Notes under the pieces: generated by a model | The model's database searches: none | Seen by the model: only the letters and a program-made list of their open reading frames with translations | What the model was told of the DNA's origin: nothing | NCBI GenBank assembly: GCA_963745575.1 | Contig: CAVUYA010000030.1 | Location: forward strand, 27,913 to 91,912 | DNA: 64,000 bases | Source: an uncultured Actinomycetota bacterium | GTDB lineage: Bacteria; Actinomycetota; Actinomycetes; Streptosporangiales; Streptosporangiaceae | Direction: 5' to 3' | Shown here: positions 19,093-30,457 of the stretch, piece by piece | How the letters are laid out: each line of letters begins with the position of its first letter | How positions within the stretch are numbered: the first letter of the stretch is position 1 | Translations under genes and position numbers: made by a program

Positions 19093-19350
19093 GGTTTCCA
19101 GATTGCCGGAAAAGCCCGGTTGCCGCACATCGACAACAACCACCCGGGCGCGGTTGCAACCCGGTCGCGGCCTACCGGCCGGGCGTGATCACTGACTGGG
19201 GCGAGTTCGGGCCGTCTTCCGCCATCGCCTGATCCGAGATGCGGAGCACGGGCTCGGCCATGGCTGAGGTGGCCCGAGCCGGTAGGTTGAGATCATGAGC
19301 CGAGGCGCAGGGGACGTGAGGTTGCTCCAGGTGGGCGCGATGTCAGCGAC

Positions 19351-20706
19351 GTGGCTAGCGCACGGCAGGGCGGCCAGCGGCCCGACGGCCCCGGCGGAAT
19401 GAGGACCGCGGGACGAGCCGGCCTGACGCCCTGGGGGGAAGACAAGGCTCGGCGTGCGCGGCGCGGGCCAGCGGGGAGCGGGCCTTCCTCGTTGCAGCCG
19501 TTTCGGCATCGCAGCTTCACGCTGCTGTGGGTCGCGGGATTCATCTCCTGCATCGGATCCTGGATGCAGACCGTCGCCGTCGGCGCCCTGATCATCTCGA
19601 ACACCGGCAGCGCGACGTGGGCGGTCCTGGTGGCCGCGGGGGCGTTCCTGCCCATCGGGGTGCTTTCCCCGATCGGCGGCGCGCTGGCCGATCGCCTGCC
19701 GCGCCGCCCGGTGCTCGCCCTGGGGAACCTGGCCGCGGCGGGCACCGCCATCCTGCTCGCGATCCTCGTGGCGGCGGGCCACGACAGCCCCGGCGCGCTC
19801 GTGGCGCTGGTCACGGTGCAGGGCTCGGCCTCCGCCCTGATCGGCCCGTTCCAGCAGGCCATCCTGCCGGACCTGGTGCCGCGCTCGGAGTTCCTCGCGG
19901 CCACCTCCCTCAACTCGGCCCAGTTCAACCTGGGCCGCATCGCCGGGCCAGCCCTGGCCGGCGCCACGGTGGCCGCCTTCGGATACCCGGTGGCCTTCGT
20001 GGCGAACGCCGTATCGTTCCTCGCCGTCGTCGCGGCGCTGGCGTTCGTCCGCCTCGGCCCGCCCGGCGGCCAGCCGTCCGGCCTGCTCGCCGCGCTGCGG
20101 TCAGGGTTCACGGCGGCCAGGCGCGAGCCGTCCTGCCGGGCCGCCATCGGCACCATTGCGGTCGTGGCCTTCCTCGCCTCCCCGTTCATCGCGCTCGTCC
20201 CGGTGATGGCGCATCACCTGACCCCCGGCGGCGGTCCCAGGGCGGTGGCGCAGACCACGGCCCTGCTCACGACCGCCCAGGGCGCCGGCGCCGTGGCCGG
20301 CGCGCTCTGCCTCGCCCCGCTGGCGGGCCGGCTCGGCCGCGGCCGGCTGCTCGCCGGGAACCTGGTCCTGCTTCCGGTGGCGCTGATCGCCTACAGCGCC
20401 GCGCAGACACGCTGGCAGGGCGCGGTGCTGCTGTTCGCGGTCGGGCTGGTGTACATCGGAGTCTTGTCCGGGCTCTCGACCCTGGTCCAGCTTCGGGCGC
20501 CGCAGGCCTACCGGGGCCGGGTCCTCAGCTTCTTCCTGGTGGCGCTGGGGGTTGCCTACCCGATCGGCTCGCTGGCCCAAGGGCCGGTCATCGACTGGAT
20601 CGGGCTGGGCTGGACCACCGCGGGAACGGCGCTGGCGCTGTCACTGATCATGGCCGGCGTGGCGTTCGGGAGACCGGGCATCGTGCGGGAGATCACGCGC
20701 GATTGA
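19351..20706 (+). CDS. MFS transporter (EntS/MFS_3-like, about 12 TM)
   Basis: FRHRSFTLLWVAGFISCIGSWMQTVAVGALI and GGALADRLPRRP are typical of this MFS clade. The real start may be downstream of 19351. Confidence 0.8.
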   Translation: MASARQGGQRPDGPGGMRTAGRAGLTPWGEDKARRARRGPAGSGPSSLQPFRHRSFTLLWVAGFISCIGSWMQTVAVGALIISNTGSATWAVLVAAGAFLPIGVLSPIGGALADRLPRRPVLALGNLAAAGTAILLAILVAAGHDSPGALVALVTVQGSASALIGPFQQAILPDLVPRSEFLAATSLNSAQFNLGRIAGPALAGATVAAFGYPVAFVANAVSFLAVVAALAFVRLGPPGGQPSGLLAALRSGFTAARREPSCRAAIGTIAVVAFLASPFIALVPVMAHHLTPGGGPRAVAQTTALLTTAQGAGAVAGALCLAPLAGRLGRGRLLAGNLVLLPVALIAYSAAQTRWQGAVLLFAVGLVYIGVLSGLSTLVQLRAPQAYRGRVLSFFLVALGVAYPIGSLAQGPVIDWIGLGWTTAGTALALSLIMAGVAFGRPGIVREITRD

Positions 20707-22168
20707 CCATGCCGCGGGCCGCGACGCCGCTCCCGCCGGCGGCACTGCTGTCCCTGGCCGCGCGGCCGGCCCTGGCCGCGCGGGCGAGGTCGGGCAGCCG
20801 GGCCAGGATCTGCTGGGCCTCGGCCGCGTCACGCTCGGCGATGCTGGCGGTCACCCGGCGGCCCGCGACGTCGAGCCGGACCGTGGCGAGCCCCAGCCGG
20901 CGCTGGACCGGGCCCTGCACCCAGCGGATGCTCTGCACCTTCTCCAGCGGAACCCAGGTGGTCTTCCGGCACACCCGGCCGCCCGAGGCCACCACGTAGC
21001 GGTCGTCGCCGTCCCACCCCAGGAAGTGGTACGCCAGCGGCGCCTTCCAGCGGGCGTTGGCCGGTGCCCGCCGCACGGGCCCCGGCGCCGCGGTCAGCAG
21101 TTCGCCGAGCATCTGCTCGGCGTCCGCGCGCGATCCGACCGGGACGAGCGCGCGCAGGCGCTGCGCCTCCGAGCGGTTCTCCCGCCGCTGGCGGGGCCCG
21201 GCGACGTCCACCTCGAGCCGGCACCAGCCGAACGCCCGCCAGAGCAGGGGCTCGACCAGGCGCACCGCCTGAACGCGCCCCGGGCGGATGGTCTCGGCGG
21301 TGGTCTGCACCAGCCCGGACCGCAGCCGCAGCCCCTCGGGCGCGGCCGAGACGACGGTCCCGAACTCGCCGTTGAACTGGCGCCAGACCGCGAGCACCAC
21401 CCCGATGACCACCGGCAGCAACGAGGCGGTGACGCCTGGCCGCCCGGTGGCGACGATAACCACGACCAGCGCGGCGATCACGACGCCCGCGTAGGCCCCG
21501 GTCCTGCTCAGCGCGATGGCGCCGGCCAGCCGCCCGGACCGGACCCGGAACAGCGGCCGCTCGGGCGCGGCGGCCTGACCCGACGGCCCGGGCTGGCCGA
21601 CCGCGTCGCGTGTGGCCGCCGGGGCATCCGCGGTACCGGGCGCATGGGCCATCGACAGCAGCCGCTGGCGAAGCTGTTCCGCGTCGGCGAGCCGCAGGCA
21701 GGCCAGGCGGCCGCCGGAGGAGTCGGCACCCGCCATCCGCAGGCGCAGCTCGGCCAGTCCGAGCACTCGCGCCAGCCCGGTCTGCACCACGTCGATCGCC
21801 TGGACCTGGGACAGCGGGAAGCGCCGCGACTGGCGCCGCACCAGGCCGGTCTCGATGCGGAGCACCCCGTCGGCGACCTGCCAGCGGGTGACCAGCCAGC
21901 TGATCACGCCGGCGCCCAGCACCAGCGCGATGACGACCAGGTCGTAGATGAGGTCGTTGCCGGTCTGGCTCTGCCGGGCGAACAGCAGGAGAAGCAGGAC
22001 GATGCTGATCCCCACCAGGTGGCGGCCGGCGCGGACCAGGGGTGACAGCGGATGCAGCCGATGCCAGCCCGCGATGTCGTCCGCCCCGGGGGGCCCGGCG
22101 GGCCTGGGGGGCCCGGCGGGCCTGGGGGGCCCGGCGGGCACAGGAACGCCGGGCGGCGGGCTGGTCAC
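20693..22168 (-). CDS. YdbT-like membrane protein with repeated bacterial PH (bPH_2) domains
   Basis: GTG 22168 overlaps the ydbS-like stop (GTGA). Pro-rich N-terminus (PAGPPRPAGPPRPAGPPG), TM pair, then repeats such as LRIETGLVRRQSRRFPLSQVQAIDVVQTGLARVLGLAELRL. Confidence 0.8.
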   Translation of the reverse strand: MTSPPPGVPVPAGPPRPAGPPRPAGPPGADDIAGWHRLHPLSPLVRAGRHLVGISIVLLLLLFARQSQTGNDLIYDLVVIALVLGAGVISWLVTRWQVADGVLRIETGLVRRQSRRFPLSQVQAIDVVQTGLARVLGLAELRLRMAGADSSGGRLACLRLADAEQLRQRLLSMAHAPGTADAPAATRDAVGQPGPSGQAAAPERPLFRVRSGRLAGAIALSRTGAYAGVVIAALVVVIVATGRPGVTASLLPVVIGVVLAVWRQFNGEFGTVVSAAPEGLRLRSGLVQTTAETIRPGRVQAVRLVEPLLWRAFGWCRLEVDVAGPRQRRENRSEAQRLRALVPVGSRADAEQMLGELLTAAPGPVRRAPANARWKAPLAYHFLGWDGDDRYVVASGGRVCRKTTWVPLEKVQSIRWVQGPVQRRLGLATVRLDVAGRRVTASIAERDAAEAQQILARLPDLARAARAGRAARDSSAAGGSGVAARGMVNRA

Positions 22169-22668
22169 AGCCCCGCGGCCTGGGCTTCGCCGAGCGCGGC
22201 CAGCTGATCGCGCAACTTGGCGGCCTGGGCCCGGTCCAGGCCCGGGATGCGCGCGTCGCTGGCCGCGGCCGCGGTGTGCATCCGCAGCGTCGCCAGCCCC
22301 AGGCTGCGCTCCACCGGGCCGGCGGTGACGTCGATGAACTGCATCCGCCCGTACGGGATGACCGACTGGCGGCGGATCAGCACCCCGCGCCGGACCATGA
22401 GGTCGTCGCGCCGTTCGGCGTACCCCCAGGCAGCGACCCGGCGGGCGAGGAATCGCTCGCCCAGCAGCCCGGCCAGCACCAGCCCGAGCCCGACGCCCAG
22501 GCCGAGCGCAGGCGACCCGGCCGCGCCCGCGATGAGGCCGCCGGCCAGCGCGACCGGCACGGTCACCAGGCCGACCTGGATGCGCCGGGCGCGCAGCAGG
22601 AGCCGTGACGGGCGCTGCCACACGATGCCCGCGTCACCCGGTGGCGTATCGGGTTCCACTACCGACAT
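22165..22668 (-). CDS. YdbS-like PH-domain (bPH_2) membrane protein
   Basis: 167 aa. Two TM helices, then MVRRGVLIRRQSVIPYGRMQFIDVTAGPVERSLGLATLRMHTA. Confidence 0.8.
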   Translation of the reverse strand: MSVVEPDTPPGDAGIVWQRPSRLLLRARRIQVGLVTVPVALAGGLIAGAAGSPALGLGVGLGLVLAGLLGERFLARRVAAWGYAERRDDLMVRRGVLIRRQSVIPYGRMQFIDVTAGPVERSLGLATLRMHTAAAASDARIPGLDRAQAAKLRDQLAALGEAQAAGL

Positions 22669-22945
22669 GCACTCAGATTATCGATAACGGGATGTCAGCA
22701 TAGCCCCGTAATTCGAACGAATCATCTTACCGCGCATTAATCAGGATAAGCGGGGTTGCGGGCGAGCCAGCAACCCTCGGAGGCGGGCCAGCGGGCGGGG
22801 TCCGGCCAGCAGGGCGCATGGACTGGCCATTGGAGGGGGGCTGGCCAGCCAGCGGCGGGCCGGACCCTCGCCCCACGCACCCCGGATCGGGGTGCGGTTC
22901 TGGGCCCGGGCGCCGCGCCGCGGGCCCGGGCGTTCCCGGTACGGT

Positions 22946-23434
22946 TCACGCGTCGCGCCGCCTGCGGCTGCCGCCGACCGTGCCGGCCAGCCCGGTCAGC
23001 CCGTAGGCCACGGCGCCGTGCCACACCGCGGTGAGGGCTCCGCCGACCAGGCCGCTGCTGCCGATCAGCACCGACAGCACGAAGACGACGATCGCGGCGG
23101 CCGCGCCGGGCAGCAGCGCGAAACGCCACGGGTGGCTGCGGGCCCAGCGCATCGCCCGGCCCGAGTGCGAGCGCAGCAGCGTGCCGCCCCCGGCCACGGC
23201 GAACAGGGCCACGGTGCCGGCCGACAGGGCCGTGGGCACGGCCAGGTGGCCGCCCATGAGGTGCAGGACCAGGTCGCCGCCCGCGACAACGGCGCCCGCA
23301 GCGCCGGCCGTCTTCCACGGCGCGCCGGACATGGCCGCGCTGGAGACCGCTAGCTCATCTCGCCGGGTCAGTTCCGGGTCCTCGTTGCGAGTTGGTGCCG
23401 ACATCTTCACTCCCTGAGTTGCGGGCACGTGCAC
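22946..23434 (-). CDS. Hypothetical membrane protein (4 TM)
   Basis: 162-aa ORF with hydrophobic helices and no recognised motif. Alternative start ATG 23404. GC-rich stem-loop 22877-22895 lies downstream. Confidence 0.5.
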   Translation of the reverse strand: MHVPATQGVKMSAPTRNEDPELTRRDELAVSSAAMSGAPWKTAGAAGAVVAGGDLVLHLMGGHLAVPTALSAGTVALFAVAGGGTLLRSHSGRAMRWARSHPWRFALLPGAAAAIVVFVLSVLIGSSGLVGGALTAVWHGAVAYGLTGLAGTVGGSRRRRDA

Positions 23435-23686
23435 ACTTAAGATATATCGCTTCTTGGCGGTACGCTAGCCGACACCCCGCCGATCGGCGACGACGCGGCG
23501 AGTGACCCTCATCACAGTGGGGAATCCTCAGTGGGCCTTCAGGCAACATCCAGATCGATGGTGCTTACTGAAAGATGAGCCGGAACGCGTTGGTAGCCAT
23601 GTCGGCCGGTGGCCATGTCCGCTGCCCGCGATTCGGGCGGCGGGCAATTGGAAAGTACGCTGGCTTCGGGCAGAGGTGATGGAGAC

Positions 23687-25546
23687 ATGCGGGAAGACCA
23701 GAGCGGCAGCGAGAACCAGCAGCCCGAGTACGTGGGCCCCTGGTCGCCGCCGCCCGCCGACGACGCCGGATCGCCGCCCGAAGCCGGCGATGCGGGGTCG
23801 CGGCCGGCTGATGCCGGGCCCGGCCAACCGAACGACACCGCCCCGCTGATCGGGTCTCGCGACCCATCTGACCAGCCCATCCCCGCCGCGGGCCAGCCCG
23901 GCGGATACGGCGGACGCGCGCCCCAGGACTACCCCGGACACGGCCAGCCCGGCGGGTACGGCCAGCCCGGAGCCGGCCAGCCCGGCGGGTACGGCCAGCC
24001 CGGAGCGGGCCAGCCCGGCGGGTACGGCCAGCCCGAAGCGGGCCAGCCCGGCAGCTACGGCGCGCCCGGAGGCTACCCCGGCTACGGCCAGCCCGGCGGC
24101 TACGCCCAGGGCGGCCAGCCCGGCCAGCCCGGCCAGCCCGGCTACGGCGCGCCCGGAGGCTACCCCGGGTACGGCCAGCCCGGGTACGGCCAGGGCGGAT
24201 ACGGCCATCCCGCCGACTACATCGAGCAGCAGCCGCGCGGGGGCGGCAAGGCCCGTGGCTTCCTGGTCTACCTCGTCGTGGCGGCACTGGCCGCCGGGGT
24301 CGGCGCCGGGGCCGTCGCCGCCCTGGACCACTCGTCGCCGGCCTCGCAGAACTCGCCGAGTTCCGGCGCCCCGCTGAACCCGGGCAACAACCCGGGCAAC
24401 GGCTTCAACCCGAACAGCGGCGGGTTCGGCCCGGGCAACGGCTCGAACTCAGGCTCCGGGGTCAGCAACTCCCAGGAGCAGGCCATCGCCAACGCGGTCG
24501 AGCCCGGAGTGGTCGACATCCAGAGCAGCCTGCAGTACGTCGGCGGGACCGCCGAGGCGACCGGCATGGTGATCAGCAGCAACGGCCTGGTGCTGACCAA
24601 CAACCACGTCATCGTCGACACCACGGGGCTGACCGCGACGCTCGTCAGCACCGGCCAGAAGTTCACCGCCAAGTGGCTCGGCTACGACAAGACCGACGAC
24701 GTGTCGGTGATCCAGCTGCAGGGCGCGTCCGGCCTGCGCACGGTCCCCCTCGGCGATTCGTCAGCGGTGAAGCAGGGCGATCCCGTGGTCGCGATCGGCA
24801 ACGCCGAGGGCGTCGGCGGCTCGCCCACGGTGGTGACCGGCACGATCACCCAGCTGAACCAGACCATCACCGCCAGCGATGACCTGGGCGGTTCCGAGAC
24901 GCTGCACGGCATGCTGCAGACGAACGCCAACATCCAGGAGGGCGATTCCGGCGGCCCGCTGGTCAACGCGTCCGGCAAGGTCATCGGCATGGACACGGCC
25001 GCGTCCTCGGGGAGCTTCGGCAACCAGGGCGGCTCCACCGTCGGCTTCGCGATCCCGATCAACCGGGCGCTCTCGATCGCCCATCAGATCATCAACGGCC
25101 AGAGCAGCGCGACGGTCAAGATCGGCGCCTCCGGGTTCATCGGCGTGCTGGTGCCCTCCCAGAAGGCCAGCACGCTCGGCAACCCGCAGCAACAGCAACA
25201 GCAGCAGCAGAGCCAGCAGGCCGCCGGCGGCGGTGGGCTCGGGTCGCCGGGGGGCCAGCAGTGCCTGGCCACCGACCAGAACGCCAGAGTGCCGCAGACC
25301 ATCGCCCCGGTCAGCAGCGGCACGCTGATCCTCGGGTCCCTGTGCAACACCCCCGCCGCCTCGGCCGGCCTCACCGCCGGAGACGTCATCACGGCGGTGG
25401 ACGGGCACGCGGTGACCTCGCCGAACTCGCTCAGCACCATCCTGCAGGGTTACCGCCCGGGGGTGACGGTCTCCGTCACCTGGGTGGACACCTCCGGCGG
25501 GCATCACGTCAGCCCGATGGACCTGCTGCAGGATCCGCCGGCCTAG
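23687..25546 (+). CDS. HtrA/DegP-like S1C serine protease with PDZ domain and N-terminal Gly/Pro/Tyr/Gln repeats
   Basis: GAGG RBS before ATG 23687. Repeats [19 protein letters not shown] helix [19 protein letters not shown]. Catalytic triad [24 protein letters not shown] motif [13 protein letters not shown]. Poly-Gln insert. Confidence 0.85.
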   Translation: MREDQSGSENQQPEYVGPWSPPPADDAGSPPEAGDAGSRPADAGPGQPNDTAPLIGSRDPSDQPIPAAGQPGGYGGRAPQDYPGHGQPGGYGQPGAGQPGGYGQPGAGQPGGYGQPEAGQPGSYGAPGGYPGYGQPGGYAQGGQPGQPGQPGYGAPGGYPGYGQPGYGQGGYGHPADYIEQQPRGGGKARGFLVYLVVAALAAGVGAGAVAALDHSSPASQNSPSSGAPLNPGNNPGNGFNPNSGGFGPGNGSNSGSGVSNSQEQAIANAVEPGVVDIQSSLQYVGGTAEATGMVISSNGLVLTNNHVIVDTTGLTATLVSTGQKFTAKWLGYDKTDDVSVIQLQGASGLRTVPLGDSSAVKQGDPVVAIGNAEGVGGSPTVVTGTITQLNQTITASDDLGGSETLHGMLQTNANIQEGDSGGPLVNASGKVIGMDTAASSGSFGNQGGSTVGFAIPINRALSIAHQIINGQSSATVKIGASGFIGVLVPSQKASTLGNPQQQQQQQQSQQAAGGGGLGSPGGQQCLATDQNARVPQTIAPVSSGTLILGSLCNTPAASAGLTAGDVITAVDGHAVTSPNSLSTILQGYRPGVTVSVTWVDTSGGHHVSPMDLLQDPPA

Positions 25547-26606
25547 TCAGGCGGTCAGCCAGGCCCGCATCCGCTCCTCGCAGTCCGTGACGGCGGCCAG
25601 CGCGACGTGCTCGTCCGTGCGGTGCGCGAGCTGCGGATCGCCCGGCCCGTAGTTGACGGCCGGTATCCCGAGCGAGGAGAACCTGGCCACGTCGGTCCAG
25701 CCCAGCTTGGCCCGCGGCGTGCCGCCGATCGCGGTCAGGAACGACCGCGCCACGGGCTCGGTGAGCCCGGGCCGGGCGCCGCCGATAACGTCGGTGACCG
25801 TCACCTCCCAGCCGGCGAAGACCTCCCGCACATGGTCGGCCGCCTGCGCGGCCGAGCGGTCGGGCGCGAACCGGTAGTTGACCGTGACCACGCACTCGTC
25901 GGGGATCACGTTCCCGGCGACCCCGCCCCGGATCAGGACGGCGTTCAGCCCCTCGTGATAGGCGAGCCCGTCGACGTCGGGTTCGCGCGCCCGGTAGGCC
26001 CGCAGCACGTCGAGGATCCGGCCCGCCTCGTGGATGGCGTTGACCCCCAGCCAGGACCGGCCGCTGTGGGCGCGCTTCCCCCGGGCCACGACCTCGGCCC
26101 GCAGCGTGCCCTGGCAGCCGCCCTCGACCACTCCCCCGGTCGGCTCCATCAGCACGGCCAGGTCGCCCGCGAGCAGCTCCGGGCAGTTGCGGCTGAGCCT
26201 CAGCAGGCCGTTACGCTCCGACTCGACTTCCTCGCTGTCGTAGAAGACGAAGGTCACATCCCGGCTGGGCTGGGGGATCTGCGCGGCCAGGCGAAGCTGG
26301 ACCGCCACGCCGGACTTCATGTCGCTGGCACCACAGCCGTACAGGACGTCGCGTTCCCGGACGGGACGGAAGATTGGCCGCAACGGGCACGGTGTCGATG
26401 TGCCCGGCCAGCACCACCCGCTGGTCCCGTCCGAGGCTGGTGCGCGCCACCAGCGCGTTGCCGTCGCGGTGCACGGACAGGTGCGGCAGCCGGCGGACCG
26501 CGGCCTCGATCGCGTCGGCCAGCGGCTGCTCGTGGCCGCTGACGGACTCGATGTCGACCAGCCGGGCGGTCAGGTCGGGCGCGGCGAGGGAAAGATCCAG
26601 ATCCAC
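25547..26606 (-). pseudogene. dapE: Succinyl-diaminopimelate desuccinylase (one frame change as assembled)
   Basis: N-terminal part [27 protein letters not shown]...LAGHIDTVP lies in the frame of track ORF 26211-27644 (GTG 26606). The remainder, [14 protein letters not shown]...RTDEHV, lies in ORF 25547-26383. Switch near 26370-26385. Confidence 0.8.
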
Positions 26607-26630
26607 AGCGGAACAGCCTAGTCTTGAACC

Positions 26631-27848
26631 ATGTTTCACGTTGATTCCGAGGTCGGCCGGCTGCGCCAGGTCATCCTGCACCGGCCCGACCTGGAGCTGA
26701 AGCGGCTGACCCCGGACAATGCCGCCGACCTGCTGTTCGACGACGTGCTCTGGGTGACCGAGGCGCAGGCCGAGCACGACGCGTTCGCCGCCGCGCTGCG
26801 CGATCACGGGGTTCGCGTGCACTACTACGGGGAGCTGTTCGCGCAGACGCTGGAGATCGGCGAGGCCCGGGCCTACGTCCTGGACCGCGTCTTCGACCCG
26901 CGGCTGCACGGGCCGCTGGCCGTCGAAGCGCTCCGCGGCGCGATGGACGGGCTCAGCGCGGCGGAACTGGCGCGGTTCCTGATCGGCGGGATCACCAAGC
27001 GGGAGATCCTGGAGCTCGGGCCCGAGCCGAAGAGCATCGCCTTCCACTCGCTGGACCCGGACGGCTTCGTCCTGGCCCCGCTGCCCAACCTGCTCTACCA
27101 GCGCGACACGTCCAGCTGGATCTACGGCGGGGTGTCGGTCAACGCCATGCGACGCCGCGCCCGGATGCGGGAGACGGTCAGCGACGAGGCGATGTACCGG
27201 TGGCATCCGATGTTCGCATCCGGCGGGTTCGAGATCTGGCTGCACGGGGCCGACGCCGAGCCCGCGACCATCGAGGGCGGCGACATCCTGGTGCTCGGCG
27301 GCGGCGCCGTGCTGGTCGGGATGAGCGAGCGCACCCAGCCCCAGGCCATCGAGATGCTCGCGCACCGGCTGTTCTCCGCGTCGGCGGCGGACCGGGTGGT
27401 GGCGATCGACATGCCGAAGACGCGCGCGTTCATGCACCTGGACACGGTGCTGACCATGGCCGACTACGGGGTGTTCGTGAAGTACGCGGGGCTCGGGATG
27501 CTGCCCTCCTACACCATCGAGCCCGGCAGCGGCCCGTGGGAACTCAAGGTCACCGACCACCCGCCGGAGGACATGCATACCGCGATCGCGGCCGCGCTCG
27601 GCCGCGGCAGCATCCGGGTGCTGACCGCCACCCAGGACGTGCACTCGGCGCAGCGCGAGCAGTGGGACGACGGCTGCAACGTGCTCGCCATCGCTCCCGG
27701 CGTGGTGGTGGCCTACGAGCGGAACGTCACCACCAACGCCTGGCTGCGCGAGAACGGCATCGAGGTGATCACCATCCGCGGCAGCGAGCTCGGCCGCGGG
27801 CGGGGCGGGCCGCGGTGCATGACCTGCCCGATCGAGCGGGACGCCTGA
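26631..27848 (+). CDS. arcA: Arginine deiminase
   Basis: 405 aa. [26 protein letters not shown], and C-terminal catalytic [12 protein letters not shown]. Confidence 0.9.
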   Translation: MFHVDSEVGRLRQVILHRPDLELKRLTPDNAADLLFDDVLWVTEAQAEHDAFAAALRDHGVRVHYYGELFAQTLEIGEARAYVLDRVFDPRLHGPLAVEALRGAMDGLSAAELARFLIGGITKREILELGPEPKSIAFHSLDPDGFVLAPLPNLLYQRDTSSWIYGGVSVNAMRRRARMRETVSDEAMYRWHPMFASGGFEIWLHGADAEPATIEGGDILVLGGGAVLVGMSERTQPQAIEMLAHRLFSASAADRVVAIDMPKTRAFMHLDTVLTMADYGVFVKYAGLGMLPSYTIEPGSGPWELKVTDHPPEDMHTAIAAALGRGSIRVLTATQDVHSAQREQWDDGCNVLAIAPGVVVAYERNVTTNAWLRENGIEVITIRGSELGRGRGGPRCMTCPIERDA

Positions 27849-27863
27849 CCGGCCGGCGTCGGG

Positions 27864-28796
27864 CTAGCGGCTGAGCCGTTCGACGGCCGCGTTGAGCGCC
27901 GCGAGGATCACGGCCACCGACGGCCTGCGCACGCTGGACGCCCGGGCGACCGCGTACACGTCGCGGGCCTGGGCCGGGCCGGCCAGCTCGCGCACCGCGA
28001 CCCGCCGGTCCCCGACGGCCAGCGTGAGCCGGGGCAGCGCGGCGATCCCGATGCCGCGCGCGACCAGGCTCAGGATCGTCGACAGGCCCTCGAACTCCCA
28101 CGGCGCCGGCGGCATCCCGCCGGTGCTGGCCAGCAGCCGGTCCACCGCCTCCCGGGACGGTTCCCCGGCGGGCGCGGCCAGCCACGGCTCGTCGCGCAGC
28201 TTGTCCAGGTCGACCGGGCGGGCCGGGTCGGCAGCCGGGTGGCCGCGCGGGAGCACGAGCACCACGGGATCACGGATCAGCCGGTAGAACCGCAGCACTC
28301 CGGTGTTTCCGCCCCCGCGACGGCGGGCGGAATCTGCACTGGTCAGCCGCCCCGACCAGTCGGCGACCAGGGCCACGTCCGCCTCGCCGGTGCGGACCAG
28401 CCGCAGGCCCTCCTCCCGTTGCGTCTCCCGCAGCAGCAGCGTCAGGCCGGGGTGCGCGCGCACCCGCCGGACCAGCGCCGGACCGAACGCCACCGCGGCC
28501 GTGGGAAAGGCGGTGACCGTCACCCGCCCGGCCGGCCCGGCGGCGGAAAGATCGGCCTCGGCCGCCTCGATCATGGCCAGGATGCGCTCGGCGTGGTCGA
28601 CCAGCCGCCGCCCGGCGTCGGTCAGCTCGGCCGCCCGGGCGGTGCGGTCCAGCAGGATCGCCCCGGCCTCCCGCTCCAGCGCGGCCAGCTGCTGTGAGAC
28701 CGCGGACGGCGTGTAGCCGAGCGCGGCCGCGGCGGCCGCGATGGTCCCGCGCTCGGCGAATTCCCTCAGCAACCGCAACCGGTGCGTATCCAGCAT
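27864..28796 (-). CDS. LysR-family transcriptional regulator
   Basis: N-terminal wHTH LRLLREFAERGTIAAAAAALGYTPSAVSQQLAALE plus a LysR substrate-binding domain. Divergent from the aminotransferase. Confidence 0.9.
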   Translation of the reverse strand: MLDTHRLRLLREFAERGTIAAAAAALGYTPSAVSQQLAALEREAGAILLDRTARAAELTDAGRRLVDHAERILAMIEAAEADLSAAGPAGRVTVTAFPTAAVAFGPALVRRVRAHPGLTLLLRETQREEGLRLVRTGEADVALVADWSGRLTSADSARRRGGGNTGVLRFYRLIRDPVVLVLPRGHPAADPARPVDLDKLRDEPWLAAPAGEPSREAVDRLLASTGGMPPAPWEFEGLSTILSLVARGIGIAALPRLTLAVGDRRVAVRELAGPAQARDVYAVARASSVRRPSVAVILAALNAAVERLSR

Positions 28797-28946
28797 AAGA
28801 GAAGCTTAACCTTTGCCACAGATATGCGATCTTTTGCTCTGATGCTGAAGGGGATACATCCTGGTAGACGGATGGTTGTAGTTGAGGATGCCAGGACCTA
28901 GGAGCCTGGCTCCGTTTCCCCCACCCCGCAGCTTGGAGTACTTCCC

Positions 28947-30313
28947 ATGCCTTTCGACGGGACCGCGACCGCGGCCTCGATCACCATGCCCCTGCCCACC
29001 ATCCCGCCCGCGGCCTTCTCCCCTGCCCGCGTCCGCGGCTCGCCCGCCCGTCCGAGCCGCACCGGCCGGTCTCGGCCACCCTCGCGGCGAACGAGGCGCT
29101 GGCCGCCCGGCGCCGCCAGGGACTGCCGGTGCTGCCGCTGGCGTTCGGGGAGGCCGGGCTGCCCGCCCATCCGGCGCTGTGCGACGCGCTGGCCGCGGCC
29201 ACCGCCAGCAACGGCTACGGTCCCGTGGCCGGACACCAGGCGCTGCGCTCGGCGGCCGCCGGGTACTGGCAGCGGCGCGGACTGGCGGCCAGCGCGGACT
29301 CGATCGTCTGCGGCCCGGGCAGCAAGCCGCTGATCTTCGGCCTGATGCTGGCGGCCGGCGCGGACGTGGCGGTGCCCCGGCCCAGCTGGGTCAGTTACGC
29401 CGCCCAGGCCAGCCTGATCGGCGCCCGCCCGCACTTCGTGCCCGCCGCGCCGGGCGAGGGCGGCATCTGCGACCCGGCCGCGCTCGGCGCCGCGGTCAGG
29501 GCGGCCCGGGCGGCCGGGCGCACGATCCGGTCGGTGGTCGTGACGCTGCCCGACAACCCGACCGGCAGGCTGCCCCGGCCGGCCACGGTCCGGGCGCTCT
29601 GCGACGTGGCCGCCGAGCATGACCTGATCATCATCTCCGACGAGATCTACCGCGACCTGGTGCACGATCCCGCGGCCCCGTTGCTCAGCCCCGCGGCCGT
29701 GGCCCCGGAGCGGACCGTCGTCACCACGGCCCTCAGCAAGAGCCTGGCCCTGGGCGGCTGGCGGATCGGCGTGGCGCGGCTGCCCGAGGGCCCGCTCGGC
29801 GGCTGGCTGCGAGACCAGCTGCTCGGCATCGGCAGCGAGATCTGGTCGGCGCCCGCCGCCCCGATCCAGCAGGCGGCGGCCCTGGCCTTCAGCGAGCCGG
29901 CCGAGCTTTCCGAGCGCGTAGCCGCCAGCCGCCGCCTGCACGCCGCGGTCTGCCGCGCCGTGGCCGGCCTCTGCGCGGCCGCCGGGCTCGACGTCCCGCC
30001 GCCGCAGGCCGCGTTCTACGTCTACCCGGACTTCGAGCCATGGCGCGGGCACCTGGCCCGCCGCCACGGCGTGACCACCAGCGCGGGCCTGGCCGGGCTG
30101 ATGCTGGAGCGCTACGGCGCCGGGACCCTGCCGGGCAGCGCGTTCGGCGAGCGGCCCGTGGCGCTGCGGCTGCGGCTGGCCACCGGGCTCCTGTACGGCG
30201 AGACCGACGAACAGCAGGAGGCCGCGCTGGCCGCGCCGGACCCGCTGGCGCTGCCGTGGATCGCGGCGGAACTGGCCCGGCTCGGGGAGATCCTCGCCGA
30301 CCTCGCTCCCTGA
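28947..30313 (+). pseudogene. Class I/II PLP-dependent aminotransferase (one frame change near the N-terminus as assembled)
   Basis: GGAG RBS plus ATG 28947 (MPFDGTATAASITMPLP...ARPSRTG), then frame 29129 upstream-extended (VSATLAANEALAARRRQGLPVLPLAFGEAGLP). PLP-lysine motif SKSLALGGWRIG. Switch near 29055-29072. Confidence 0.7.
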
Positions 30314-30457
30314 GGCTCGCCGCCCCTCGGACGCGGCACCCGGCCCCCGGGGCGGCACCCGCACCGACGCGTTCCCCTTCGGGTAGGCGTTTGCCTACCC
30401 CGCGAGTGGGTGCCATCCCATTGGCGCGCGGCCGTGACGTGAGTCACGCTTGGCGTC

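Noticed and set aside
19152-19161. 10-bp perfect palindrome GGTTGCAACC upstream of the CDF transporter as a metal-regulator operator
   Set aside because: It is short and single, with no cognate regulator gene adjacent. This is not enough evidence to call a site.
23528-24331. 267-aa and 240-aa minus-strand ORFs with LAGLAVPAG-type repeats
   Set aside because: They are antisense images of the GQPGGY repeat DNA of the HtrA-like gene. The repeats keep all frames open, and the protease frame has the RBS, the TM helix and the catalytic triad.
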